A stretch of DNA of 64,000 nt from Centroscyllium fabricii. Lineage: Eukaryota. Made by a program: the position numbers and the translations under genes. Below are positions 11,901 to 23,900 of this stretch, piece by piece; positions within the stretch are counted from its first letter, which is position 1, and every line of letters begins with the position of its first letter. Below the pieces are notes generated by a model. The model searched no databases, was not told where the DNA came from, and saw only the letters and a list, made by a program, of their open reading frames with translations. The stretch lies in assembly GCA_051313645.2 (NCBI GenBank), contig JBNRSN020000012.1:54746001-54810000 (forward strand). The letters are read 5' to 3'.

Positions 11901-14900
11901 CCAGGGGCTGCCAGGAGTCGCCCGTCCACTGCTCAAAGACTGCTCCGACAGCGTGGCCGGAGGCGTCGGTGGGGAGGGCTACTCTGGCGTTGGGCCTAGG
12001 GTGGCTGAGGAGAGTGGCGTTGGCCAGGGCAGTTTTGGTTGCGGTAAAGGCGGTGGAGGCTTCGGCCGTCCACTCGACCGCAGCCTTGTTGGACTGCCCG
12101 CGGGTGGCGTGGTAGAGGGGGGCCATGAGAGCGGCTGCTCCGGGGATGAAACGGTTGTAGAAATTAACCATCCCAAGGAATTCCTGCAGCCCCTTGATTC
12201 AATTCAATTCAATTCAATTCAATTCAAGTTTTATTGTCATTGCAGAGTACTAGTACAATACAACGAGACGAAGACTCGACTCTCCCGAGAGTAGTGCAAA
12301 CAAAATAAATAAATTACATGCAAATTGCATACAGTAAAGTTCATTGTCAGGCGTGCAGGTACCGGAGTTCCTTTTTAGAGTTCAGGAGGCTGACAGCCCT
12401 GGGGAAGAAGCTGTTCTGAAATCTAGTCGTGCGGGTGCGAATTGCTCTGTAGCGTCTCCCGGAGGGCAGAGGGGCGAACAGACTGTGGCTGGGGTGTGTG
12501 GGGTCTTTAATAATGTTCATAGACCTCCGTAAGCAGCGTTTGAGGTAGATGCTTTCCATTGACGGTAGCTGTGTACCGGTAATTCGTTGGGCAGTTTTGA
12601 CTACCCGCTGCAGGGTTTTCCGGTCCGAGATAGTGCAATTACCATACCAGACAGTGATGCAGCTTGTCAGTATGCTTTCTATTGTGCAGCGGTAGAAGTT
12701 GGAGAGGATGCCGGATGACAGCCTGGCTTTCCTCAGCTTCCTAAGGAAGTACAGGCGCTGTTGGGCCTTCTTAACCAGAGAGGAGGTGTTTAGTGACCAG
12801 GAGAGATCTTCCGAGATGTGGACCCCGAGGAACTTGAAGCTGGACACCCTTTCCACCTCAGCCCCTTGGATGAAGATGGGGGTGTGTCTTCTGCTTCCAG
12901 TCCTCCGGAAGTCTACTATGATCTCCTTGGTTTTCTTGGTGTTCAGTGCCAGGTTGTTGTCGGCACACCAACCCACAAGGCGCTGGATCTCATCCCTGTA
13001 GGCTGACTCGTCGTTGTTGGTGATCTGGCCAACCACCGTGGTGTCATCCGCGAACTTGATGATCGTGTTGGAGCCATGGACAGCCTGGAGGGCGGGCGGG
13101 GGAATTCCTGGACCGCCTGCACCTTGGAGGGCAGGGGTATGGCCCCGGTGTGGGAGATGTGGTGGCCGAGGAAGTCGATCGTCTTGAGGCCGAATCGACA
13201 TTTGGAGGGGCTTAATATAAGGCCGTGCTCGGCCAGACGGTTGAAAAGGGCCCTGAGATGGATGAGGTGTTCCTGGGGGGAGGCGCTGGCCATGAGGATG
13301 TCGTCGAGATAGACGAACGTGAACTGCAGGTCCCGTAGGACTGAGTCCATGAGGCGTTGGAAGGTTGGGCTGCGTTATTGAGTCCGAAGGGCATTCGGAG
13401 GAATTCGAACAGGCCGAATGGGGTAATGACGGCTGTCTTAGGGACGTCCGCCGGGTGCACCGGTACCTGGTGGTAGCCCCGTACCAAGTCGATCTTAGAA
13501 AAGACCATGCAGCCGGCTAGCCTTGCTGAGAAATCTTGGATGTGGGGTACGGGGTACCTGTCTGGGGTGTTGGCGTTGTTGAGGCGGCGGTAGTCTCCGC
13601 AGGGGCGCCAGCCGCCGCCGGGTTTGGGGGCGATGTGGAGGGGAGAGGCCCAGGGGCTGCTGGAGCGGCGGATTATGCCGAGTTGTTCCATGATGTGGAA
13701 CTCGGCGCGCGCGATCTCCAGCTTGGCCGGATCCAGCCTGCGTGCGTGGGCATGGACTGGGGGGCCTGTGGTGGTGATGTGATGCTCCACCCCGTGCCTG
13801 GCCGTGCGGGCTGTGAAGGTGGGGTTGGTGAGGGCTGGGAACTCCGCGAGCAGCGTGGCATACGTGTCGGAGTTCCGGGCTCGGCAGTGGGCCGCTGCGT
13901 GGGCCTGGTGTGCCGGCCTTGTGGAGCATGGGATGGTCGACATGTTGTGGATGTCGACCAGGCGGCGTTGGGTAACGTCGACCAGGAGGCCGTAGGCGCA
14001 CAGAAAGTCGGCCCCGAGTAGGGGTATTTTAACTTGGGCTGTGATAAAGTCCCACGTGTACGTGTGCCTGCCAGCTTGATGGTAAGCTGACGGGTGCCGA
14101 ACGTAACTATCTCGGAGCTGTTTGCGGCTTCGAGTGGTGGGCCTTGGGTGCCTTGCTTGGTTTCTGCGGGGGAGGCTGGCACAATGCTGTGCTGCGCGCC
14201 TGTGTCGCAGAGGAAGCGGAGGCCTGAGCAACTGTCTGTAACGAAGAGCAGTGCTCCGGAGCGGCCTACGGACATGGTGAGGCTTGGGCTGGTTTGGGGT
14301 TTGAAGGTGCAGGGCTGGACGCAGCGCTGCGCTTTGGCTTCAAACCTGGTGTGGTAGTAGCACCAGCCTGGGCCCGTAGTGCGTGGTTTTTTGTGGATCC
14401 GCACCGCTCTGGCTTGGGGCCTGGGCCCGGGCCTGGGGTGCGCGTAGTACTGCTCCGGTGGAGCGGCAGCGTTACGGTGCATGGTGGCGCGGGTGCGCTC
14501 GGCCTTTATCAGCTTGTCTGCCTCCTGAGCTAGTTGTTTGTTTGAGTAGTGCTCCAGGACCGTCAGAGCCGGTCTGACGGAGGGGGGCAGTTTAAGGAGG
14601 TACAAGGCGCGCTTGAGGGTGGCCGGGTCGCAGTTAAGCACTTCGAATTGGGCCCACAGGTCGGTGGGGTCTGCGTCCCCCAGGTCGGGGAGGTTAATGA
14701 CCTGGCAGTCGCGCTCAAAAATGGTGGGGGTAAATTTTTGGAGCAGCGCGGCCTTCAGCGTTTCATACCTGCCAGCAGTTGGTTCGTGCTCGATGGAGTC
14801 CCACATTCGGTCGATTGTGGGCTGCGCAAGGGCTGCGAAGAGCAGGCTGTAGCGATCGTCCCCCTGCACGCCATTTATGCGGAAGGTGTTCTCAGTGTTG

Positions 14901-17900
14901 AGGAACCAGGCCGCTGGACGGAGTTCCCAGAACTCAGGTAGGTTTGGGATTTGGCCGAAGTGCTGGCCCTGTCTTTGGTGGCGTGCTGTTTCGATCCCTG
15001 CTGGCATGGTGGTTGCGATTCAACTGAGGCAGCTTGGCCCTCAGTCCTGCAGCGACTGCTTCATTGTTCTCTTGGAATTCGTCCCAAGTATCGAGGTCAC
15101 CAATGTAGAGGCATGCAGGGCCGAAGGACCACACTGGACACAGATGAGTCGGAAAGTTATCATTTATTGTTACTACTGCTAGGGCCAGGTGGAAAAGAGA
15201 CTGAGCCACCTGGAGCCCAGGTATTTAAAGGTCCCGCGGTAGGTGACGTCACTGCCGGGTCTCCGCCTGGCGACGTCATCACGCCGGAAGTCGCGGTGAT
15301 GTCAGCACGCCGACCGGTGGGCGGGACCGTCTTGCAGCGCTCCCGATGCGGGTTCGATGTTGCTGGTGGGCGTGTCGCCACATTAGTATGTTTATGGATT
15401 GTACTAGGCATAATATTTGGAGCCAAGAAGTGACTGTGTTTGTTGTGACAAGAAGTACAGTAACATCTGAGGCTGCTGACTATGAAAGTGTTCTAGGAGA
15501 TAAGGGAAGGAAATTGGAACGTTTGATACCTCTCGAAGGAATCAAAAATGTTGATGGTTCTGCTGCTGTGTTTAATAGTGATGGCTCAATTGGTGATATG
15601 GCAGTAGAAATGTAAGGATATTTACAGCCATGGAACTGTGATGACACAAAAGTCTTTTACTATTTTGAGCAAATTTGTTTATACTGGTTCAAATCCCTCC
15701 ATGGCCTCGGCCCTCCCCATCTCTGTAATCTCCTTGAGCCCATCAACCCACCAAGATATCTGCATTCTTCCAATTCTGGGCTATTGACAATCCCTGATTT
15801 TAGTCACTCCACCATTTGGCTGTTGTGCCTTCAGCTGCCATGGCCCTGAGCTCTGGAACACTCTTACTAAATCTCACTGCCTCTCTAACATCACTTTCCC
15901 CCTTTAAGACGCTCCTTAAAACCTACATCTTTGACTAACTATCTGGCCAAATATATTGATATTACCTTATGTGGCTCGGTGTCAAGTTTTGTTTGATAAT
16001 GCTCCTGTGGAACTTCTTGTTATTCTTTACTATGTTAACGGGGGTATATATATACAATCTTTTGTTGTTTTCCTTGTCAATGTAAGACTATTGTCTGTTG
16101 CTTGATTGAAAAATGATTTATCAGTGTGATAGTTGAACGTTGAAAATTGGGATAGCATTGTGGATACCTGTTGTTTCAATTGAGGAGGCTAAAGTGGTTG
16201 AAGTGAATACTCAACTGGTGCTTTAGCAGTAGAAATGTAACATTATTAACAGACATGGAACTGTGAAGGCACAAATGGCATTTAAACTTTTGAAAAGATT
16301 GTTTACAATAGAAACATAGAAACATAGAAGATAGGAGCAGGAGTAGGCCATTCGGCCCTTCGAGCCTGCTCCGCCATTCAATGAGATCATGGCTGATGAT
16401 CCATACCCAGTACCCTGTCCCTGCCTTCTCCCCCTATCCCTATCGAGTCTGCACCGACACATATCCCACCTTATCCTGTAACCCGAAATATTCAATCGCC
16501 CTAACACTAAGGATTGATTTATCATGGTCAATCAACCTTACCTGCACATTTTTGGATTGTGGGAGGAATCCGGAGCACCCGGAGGAAACCCACGCAGACA
16601 CGGGGAGAATGTGCAAACTCCACACAGATAGTACCCGAGGCTGGATTAAGCCCGGGTCTCCAGTGCTGTAAGGCAACAGTGCTAGCCACCATGCCGCCCA
16701 ACAGCTACATCAACATCATCTTCAAAATCAACAGAAAGTATTATCAACATCAGTAATTGTTCCCTTCTATGATCTTGGATTTCTAGGTTGCGATGGTGAA
16801 GTAAGACTAATGTCTATTGCGTGATTGAAAAGTGATTTATCAGCGGGATGGTTGACGATTGACAATTGAGATTGCATTGTGGATACCTGTTGTTTCACTT
16901 GTTGAGGCTAAAGTGGTTGAAGAAGCGGTAACGGTTGTAGATGATTCTGTTGATGTGCTTTGTTCTGATGTTGAAGATGATGTTGATGGAGCTGTTGATG
17001 TTAAAAGAAATGTCAGTGAAAGAAAGCAATGTTCCTGCTGATTGTAGCATAAATCACGTCAAATGAGAAAGGTAAGTTTAGTGAAACAAATTAAAAACAT
17101 GATCAACATGAAAATGATTTGTTCCTTTGATATTTATTCTGAGAGTTTCCATGATCTCAATTTTGAGCACTATGCATTAAATTGCGAGTGTGTTATTGCT
17201 GGAGTTTTTTTGTTTTCCAAAGTTTACCACGACAGAGATTATCAATTTCGCTGGTATGTTGTCATTATAAATTTTTCAAGGCACCAGCTCTGGACAGCCG
17301 CAGTGGCATTTAGATTAATGACAGAAAGTATTATCAACATCAGTAATTGTTCCCTTCTATGATCTTGTATTTCTAGGTTGCAATAAATTATACCTGTTGA
17401 TGCTGGTGATGTTGCTGTGGATGAGATCAGAGCTGTCGTTGCTTCTGTTGAAGTGCTTCCTTCTGAGGTTCCAGATGATGTCGAAGCTGATAATATGTAC
17501 AGAAAGTCAGAAAAACAGGGCAAAGCTCTTCTAGGTACCATCATAATTAGTGTAAACTGACCAACAAAACTAATGAGCTGAACTCAAAAACTTTTACAAC
17601 AGTTGTGCTTGCAAGAAAAATTATTATGCAATTGTATAATTTGGAACTGAAGCGAATGAGATGCCTATATTTTCCGACTGAAGGAGCCTCCATGATATAT
17701 AACATGAAATATGAACATTAATTAAACTTTGAGTTTCTTGTCAGAGATATCTGTTGTTAGACTAGTTATATCCATGATTACAGAGAATAAGACATGCAGG
17801 TTAGGTGAATTGGAGATACTAAAAATTGCCCATGAGTGTGTGTGTCTGTGTGTGAGATATAGTTCTTAGAGTTTGGGGGGTGTCGCTCGATATGGGGAGA

Positions 17901-20900
17901 GGGTAGGAGGGGGGTGCTGGGTTTGGATGATCAGCTATGATCTCATCAAAAATGGCGAAGCAGGCTAGAAGGGCCGACTGGTCTACTCCTGCTCCTACCT
18001 TCTGTGTTTCTGTGTTGCTACATAAGAATGTGGCTGCATTAGTATGTTTATGGATTGTACTAGGCATAATATTTGGAGCCAAGAAGTGACTGTATATGTT
18101 GTGACAAGAAGTACAGTGACATCTGAGGCTGCTGACTTTGAAACCGTTCTAGGAGATAAGGGAAGGAAATTGGAACGTTTGATACCTCTCGAAGGAATCA
18201 AAGATGTTGATGGTTCTGCTGCTGTGTTTAATAGTGATGGATCAATTGGTGATATGGCAGTAGAAATGTAAGGGTATTTACAGCCATGGAACTGTGAAGG
18301 CACAAAAGTCTTTTACTTGTTTGAGCAAATTTGTTTATATTGGTTCAAATCCCTCCATGGCCTCGGCCCTCCCCATCTCTGTAATCTCCTCGAGTCCATC
18401 AACCCTCCCAACACTCCTGTTCATTGACTGTAAGCTCGGCATTCAATACCATCATCACCTCCAAACTGATCACCAAGCTCGTTGGCCTTGGCATCGACCC
18501 CACCCTCTGTAATTGGATACTGGACTTTCTGACCAACAGACCCCAGCACATCAGACTGGACAAGCACAAATCCTCGTCCCTCATCCTGAACACTGGTCTC
18601 CCGCAGGGCTGCGTGCTGAGTCCCCTTCTCTACTCCCTCTTCACTCATGACTGAAATCCTGTCCATGTCTTAAACACCATTGTCAAGTTCGCAGACGACA
18701 CCACAGTGGTTCGGCTCGTCAGCAACAACGACGAGACGGCATACAGGGAAGGGGTCCAGCACCTAGCAGAGTGGTGTGCCAACAACAACCTGGCACTCAA
18801 AACCAAGAAGACCAAGGAGATCATCGTGGACTTCAGAAGGAACAAAAAAGGCACGCACACCCCCATCCATATCAATGGGGAGGAGGTTGAGCGTGTCACC
18901 AGCTTTAAGTTCCTGGGAGTTCACATTTCTGAAGACCTCTGCTGGACCACCAACACCTCAACCCTGGTCAAGAAGGCCCACAAGCGCCTCTTCTTCCTGA
19001 GGAAACTGGCTAAACTCTGCCTATCCTCTCAGGTGTTGGTGAACCTCTACCGCTGTACCATTGAGAGCATCCTCACCACCTGCATCTCAGTCTGGTACGG
19101 CAACTGCACCATCAGCGACCGGAAATCATTGCAGAAGGTGGTGAAAATCGCCCAACGCATCACCAAGACCTCACTCCCATCCATCACTTCAGTGTATGAG
19201 AGGCGGTGCTTACGAAGGGCACGCAACATCATCAGAGACGCCTCTCACCCCAACCATGGACTGTTTATCGCCCAACGTGGCACTCGCTCTGGGCCACGCT
19301 ACCGCAGCCACCCGAGCAGAACCAACAGGACTACTAACAGCTTCTTCCCCTCAGCTGTCAGACTGTTGACAAAGAACTCCACCCCGTCTCATACTGCCTA
19401 GCCCTTGAAGATCATGATATGCCATTATGTTCTTAAATTGGTTGTACATATGCCTATAGCGAATATACCTTTTATACAGTGTATTTTTTACGGTATGTCT
19501 ACCCACTGCACTTACTGTACAGATTGCTGGCTCTTAATGTATATACTCTTTTACTGTGTAGTATTATTTGTATATATGCATATAATTGCTGTTTGCACTC
19601 TGGTTAGACACACTTAATTTCGTTGCATTGTGCTTGTACTGTGTAATGACAATGAAGTGAATCTTATCTATTCTAATCTAATCTAAGATATCTGCACTCC
19701 TCCAATTCTGGTCTATTGATAATCCCTGATTTTAATCGCTCTAGCTGTTGTGCCTTCAGCTGCCATGGGCCTAAGCTCTGGAACACTCTTCCTAAATCTC
19801 ACTGCTTCTCTAACATCACTTTCCCCCTTTAAGACGCCCCTTAAAACCTAAATCTTTGAGTAACTATCTGGACAAATATATTAATATCACCTTATGTGGC
19901 TCGGTGTCAGATTTTGTTTGATAATGATCTCGTGGAACGTCTTGTTATTCTTTACTATGTTAAAGGGGGTATATAAATACAATCTTTTGTTGTTTTTCTT
20001 GTCATGGTAAGACTATTGTCTGTTGCTTGATAGAAAAATGATTTATCAGTGGGATAGTTGAACGTTGAAAATTGGGATAGCATTTGGGATACCTGTTGTT
20101 TCAATTGTGGAGGCTAAAGTGGTTGAAGTGAATACTCAACTGGTGCTTTAGCAGTAGAAATGTAACATTATTAACAGACATGGAACTGTGAAGGCACAAA
20201 TGGCATTTACACTTTTGAAAAAGTTGTTTACAATGGTCAAGGTGAGACTAGTGTCTATTGCTTGATATTAAAAATGATTTATCAGCGGGATGGTTGAACA
20301 TTGACAATTGCGATTGCATTGTGGATACCTGTTGTTTCACCTGTTGAGGCTAAAGTGGTTGAAGAAGCGGTAACAGTTGTAGATGGTTCTGTTGATGTGC
20401 TTTGTTCTGATGTTGAAGATGATGATGATGTAGCTGTTGATGTTAAAAGAAATGTCAGTGAAAGAAAACAATGCTCCTGCTGATTGCAGCATAAATCACG
20501 TCAAATGAGAAAGGTAAGTTTAGTGAAACAAATTAAAAACATGATCAATGTGAAAATGATTTGTTCCTTTGATATTTATTCTGAGAGTTTCCATGATCTC
20601 AATTTTGAGCATTATGCATTATATTGCGAGTGTGTTATTACTGGAGTTTTTTGTTTTCCAAAGTTTACCATTACAGAGATTATCAATTTTGCTGGTTTGT
20701 TGTCATTATAGATTTTTCAAGGAACCAGCTCTGGACAGCCGCAGTGGCATTTAGATTAATGACAGAAAGTATTATCAACATCAGTAATTGTTCATTTCTA
20801 TGATCTTGGAATTCTAGGTTGCAATAGGTAATACCTGTTGATGCTGGTGATGTTTCTGTGGATGAGATCAGAGCTGTTGTTGCTTCTGTTGAAGTGCTTC

Positions 20901-23900
20901 CTTCTGAGGTTCCAGATGATGTCGAAGCTGCTAATATGTACAGAAATGTCAGAAAAACTGGGCAAAGCTCTTCCAGGTACCATCATAATTAGTGCAAGCT
21001 GACCAACAAAGCTAATGAGCTGAAGTCAAAAACGTTTACAACAGTTGTGCTTGCAAGAAAAATTATTATGCAGTTGTGTAATTTGGAACTGAAGCGAATG
21101 AGATGCTTATATTTTCCCACTGAAGGAGCCTCCATGATATATAACATGAAATATGAACATTAATTAAACTTTGAGTTTCTTGTCAGAGATATCTGTTTTT
21201 ACACTAGTTATATCCATGATTACAGAGAATAAGGCATGCAGGTTAGGTGAATTAGAGATACTAAAAATTGCCCATGAGTGTGTGTGTGTGTGAGATATAG
21301 TTCTTAGAGTTTGGGGGTGTCGGGGGATATGGGGAGAGGGTAGGAGGGGGGTGCTGGGTTTGGATGATCAGCTATGATCTCATCAAAAATGGTGAAGCAG
21401 GCTAGAAGGGCCGACTGGTCTACTCCTGCTCCTATCTTCTGTGTTTCTGTGTTGCTACATAAGAATGTTGCTGCATTAGTATGTTTATGGATTGTACTAG
21501 GCATAATATTTGGAGCCAAGAAGTGACTGTGTTTGTTGTGACAAGAAGTACAGAGACATCTGAGGCTGCTGACTATGAAAGTGTTCTAGGAGATAAGGGA
21601 AGGAAATTGGAACGTTTGATACCTCTCGAAGGAATCAAAGATGTTGATGGTTCTGCTGCTGTGTTTAATAGTGATGGCTCAATTGGTGATATGGCAGTAG
21701 AAATGTAAGGATATTTACAGCCATGGAACTGTGATGACACAAAAGTCTTTTACTCTTTTGAGCAAATTTGTTTATATTGGTTCAAATCCCTCCATGGCCT
21801 CGGCCCTCCCCATCTCTTTAATCTCCTCGAGTCCATCAACCCTCCAAGATATCTGCACTCCTCGAATTCTGGTCTATTGACAATCCCTGATTTTAATCGC
21901 TCTAGCTGTTGTGCCTTCAGCTGCCATGGCCCTAAGCTCTGGAACACTCTTCCTAAATCTCACTGCCTCTCTAACATCACTTTCCCCTTTTAAGCCGTCC
22001 CTTAAAATCTACGTCTTTGACTAACTATCTGGCCAAATATATTAATATCACCTTATGTGGCTCGGTGTCAAATTTTGTTTGATAATGCTCTCGTGGAACG
22101 CCTTGTTATTCTTTGCTATGTTAATGGGGGTATATAAATACAATCTTTTGTTGTTTTTCTTGTCATGGTAAAACTATTGTCTGTTGCATGATTGAAAAAT
22201 GATTTATCAGTGGGATAGTTGAAAGTTGAAAATTTGGATAGCATTGTGGATACCTGTTGTTTCAATTGTGGAGGCTAAGGTGGTTGAAGTGAATACTCAA
22301 CTGGTGCTTTAGCAGTAGAAATGTAACATTATTAACAGACATGGAACTGTGAAGGTACAAATGGCATTTACACTTTTGAAAAAGTTGTTTACAATGGTCA
22401 AGGTAAGACTAGTGTCTATTGCTTGATTGAAAAATGATTTATCAGCGGGATGGTTGGACATTGACAATTGAGATTGCATTGTGGATACCTGTTGTTTCAC
22501 TTGTTGAGGCTAAAGAGGTTGAAGAAGCGGTTACAGTTGTAGATGGTTCTGTTGATGTGCTTTGTTCTGATGTTGAAGTTGATGATGATGTAGCTGTTGA
22601 TGTCAAAAGAAATGTCAGTGAAAGAAAGCAATGCTCCTGCTGATTGCAGCATAAATCACGTCAAATGAGAAAGGTAAGTTTAGTGAAACTAATTAAAAAC
22701 ATGATCAACATGAAAATGATGTGTTCCTTTGATATTTACTCTGAGCGTTTCCATGATCTCAATTTTGAGCATTATGCACTAAATTGCGAGTGTGTTATTA
22801 CTGGAGTTTTTTGTTTTCCAAAGTTTACCATTACAGAGAATTCTTCCCTTCTATGATCTTGTATTTCTAGGTTGCAATAGATTATACCTGTTGATGCTGG
22901 TGATGTTGCTGTGGATGAGATCAGAGCTGTTGTTGCTTCTGTTGAAGTGCTTCCTTCTGAGGTTCCAGATGATGTCGAAGCTGTTAATATGTACAGAAAT
23001 GTTGTGAAAAACTGGGCAAAGGTCTTCCAAGTACCATCATAATTAGTGCTAATGAGCTGAAGTCAAAAACGTTTACAACAGTTGTACTTGCAAGAAAAAT
23101 TATTATGCATTTGTGTAATTTGGAACTGAAGCGAATGAGATGCTTATATTTTCCCACTGAAGGAGCCTCCATGATATATAACATCAAATATTAACATGAA
23201 TTAAACTTTGAATTTCTTGTCAGAGATATCTGTTTTTAGACTAATTATATCCATGATTACAGAAATAAGAATGTGGCTGCATTAGTATGTTTATGGATTG
23301 TATGATCATAATATTTGGAGCCAAGTAGTGACTGTTTGTTGTGCCAAGAAGTACAGTGACATCTGAGGCTGCTGACTTTGAAACCGTTCCAGGAGATAAG
23401 GGAAGGAAATTGGAATGTTTGATACCTCTTGCAGGAATCAAAGATGTTGATGGTTCTGCTGCTGTGTTTAATAGTGATGGCTCAATTGGTGATATGGCAG
23501 TAGAAATGTAAGAGTATTTACAGTCATGGAACTGTGAAGGCACAAATGGCATTTCCACTTAAAAAAAAATTGTTTACAATGATCAAGGTAAGACTGGTGT
23601 CTATTGCTTGATTGAAAAATGATTTATCAGTGGGATGGTTGAACATTGACAATTGAGATTGCATTGTGGATACCTGTTGTTTCACTTGTTGAGGCTAAAG
23701 TGGTTGAAGAAGCGGTTACAGTTGTAGATGGTGCTGTTGATGTGCTTTGTTCTGATGTTGAAGATGATGATGATGTAGCTGTTGATGTCAAAAGAAATGT
23801 CAGTGAAAGAAAGCAATGCTCCTGCTGATTGCAGCATAAATCATGTCAAATGAGAAAGGTAAGTTTAGTGAAACTAATTAAAAACATGATCAACATGAAA

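Larger units (their letters stand above)
10180..15007 (-). pseudogene. Gypsy gag-pol polyprotein with frameshifts near 14070 and 13365 and a Rex1 insertion in RT
   Basis: gag LPEFW..P..WF; protease FLCDTGA; [21 protein letters not shown]; RNase H TDAS, ELLA, DHKPL; integrase HHCC finger, IDLVGP, SDRGPQF, ERFHR, YDGPF. Confidence 0.93.
9686..15382 (-). mobile_element. Full-length Ty3/Gypsy LTR retrotransposon, inactivated
   Basis: 279-bp TG...CA LTRs, 4-bp TSD TTAG, PBS, PPT, domain order gag-PR-RT-RH-IN. Confidence 0.96.

Noticed and set aside
12347-13201. Novel Gypsy-LINE fusion protein (284-aa ORF)
   Set aside because: The N-terminal part is an out-of-frame read of Gypsy RT that runs by chance into the truncated Rex1 frame.
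14055-14085. Programmed gag-pol ribosomal frameshift
   Set aside because: The shift falls within the protease domain, has no slippery heptamer, and a second 1-nt loss occurs in RT; these are inactivating mutations.
20301-20483. Recurrent plus-strand 60-75 aa Val/Asp/Glu-rich ORFs ([10 protein letters not shown]..., MFMDCTRH...)
   Set aside because: Antisense shadows of the Ser/Thr exons (TCA/ACA codons read backwards); many start at TTG, and the splice signals are on the minus strand.
20484-20711. Recurrent short ORFs such as [10 protein letters not shown]..., MMVPGRALP..., MKQQVST... as a small-peptide gene family
   Set aside because: They recur only because the monomer is duplicated; stops and frameshifts vary between copies, and they cross exon-intron boundaries in the wrong frame.
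21518-21600. Further exon D after the pyrimidine tract tttccttcccttatctcctag (minus strand)
   Set aside because: The AG is not conserved (ctcctgg or ctccgag in other monomers), no clear donor follows, and the phase-1 frame reaches a stop.
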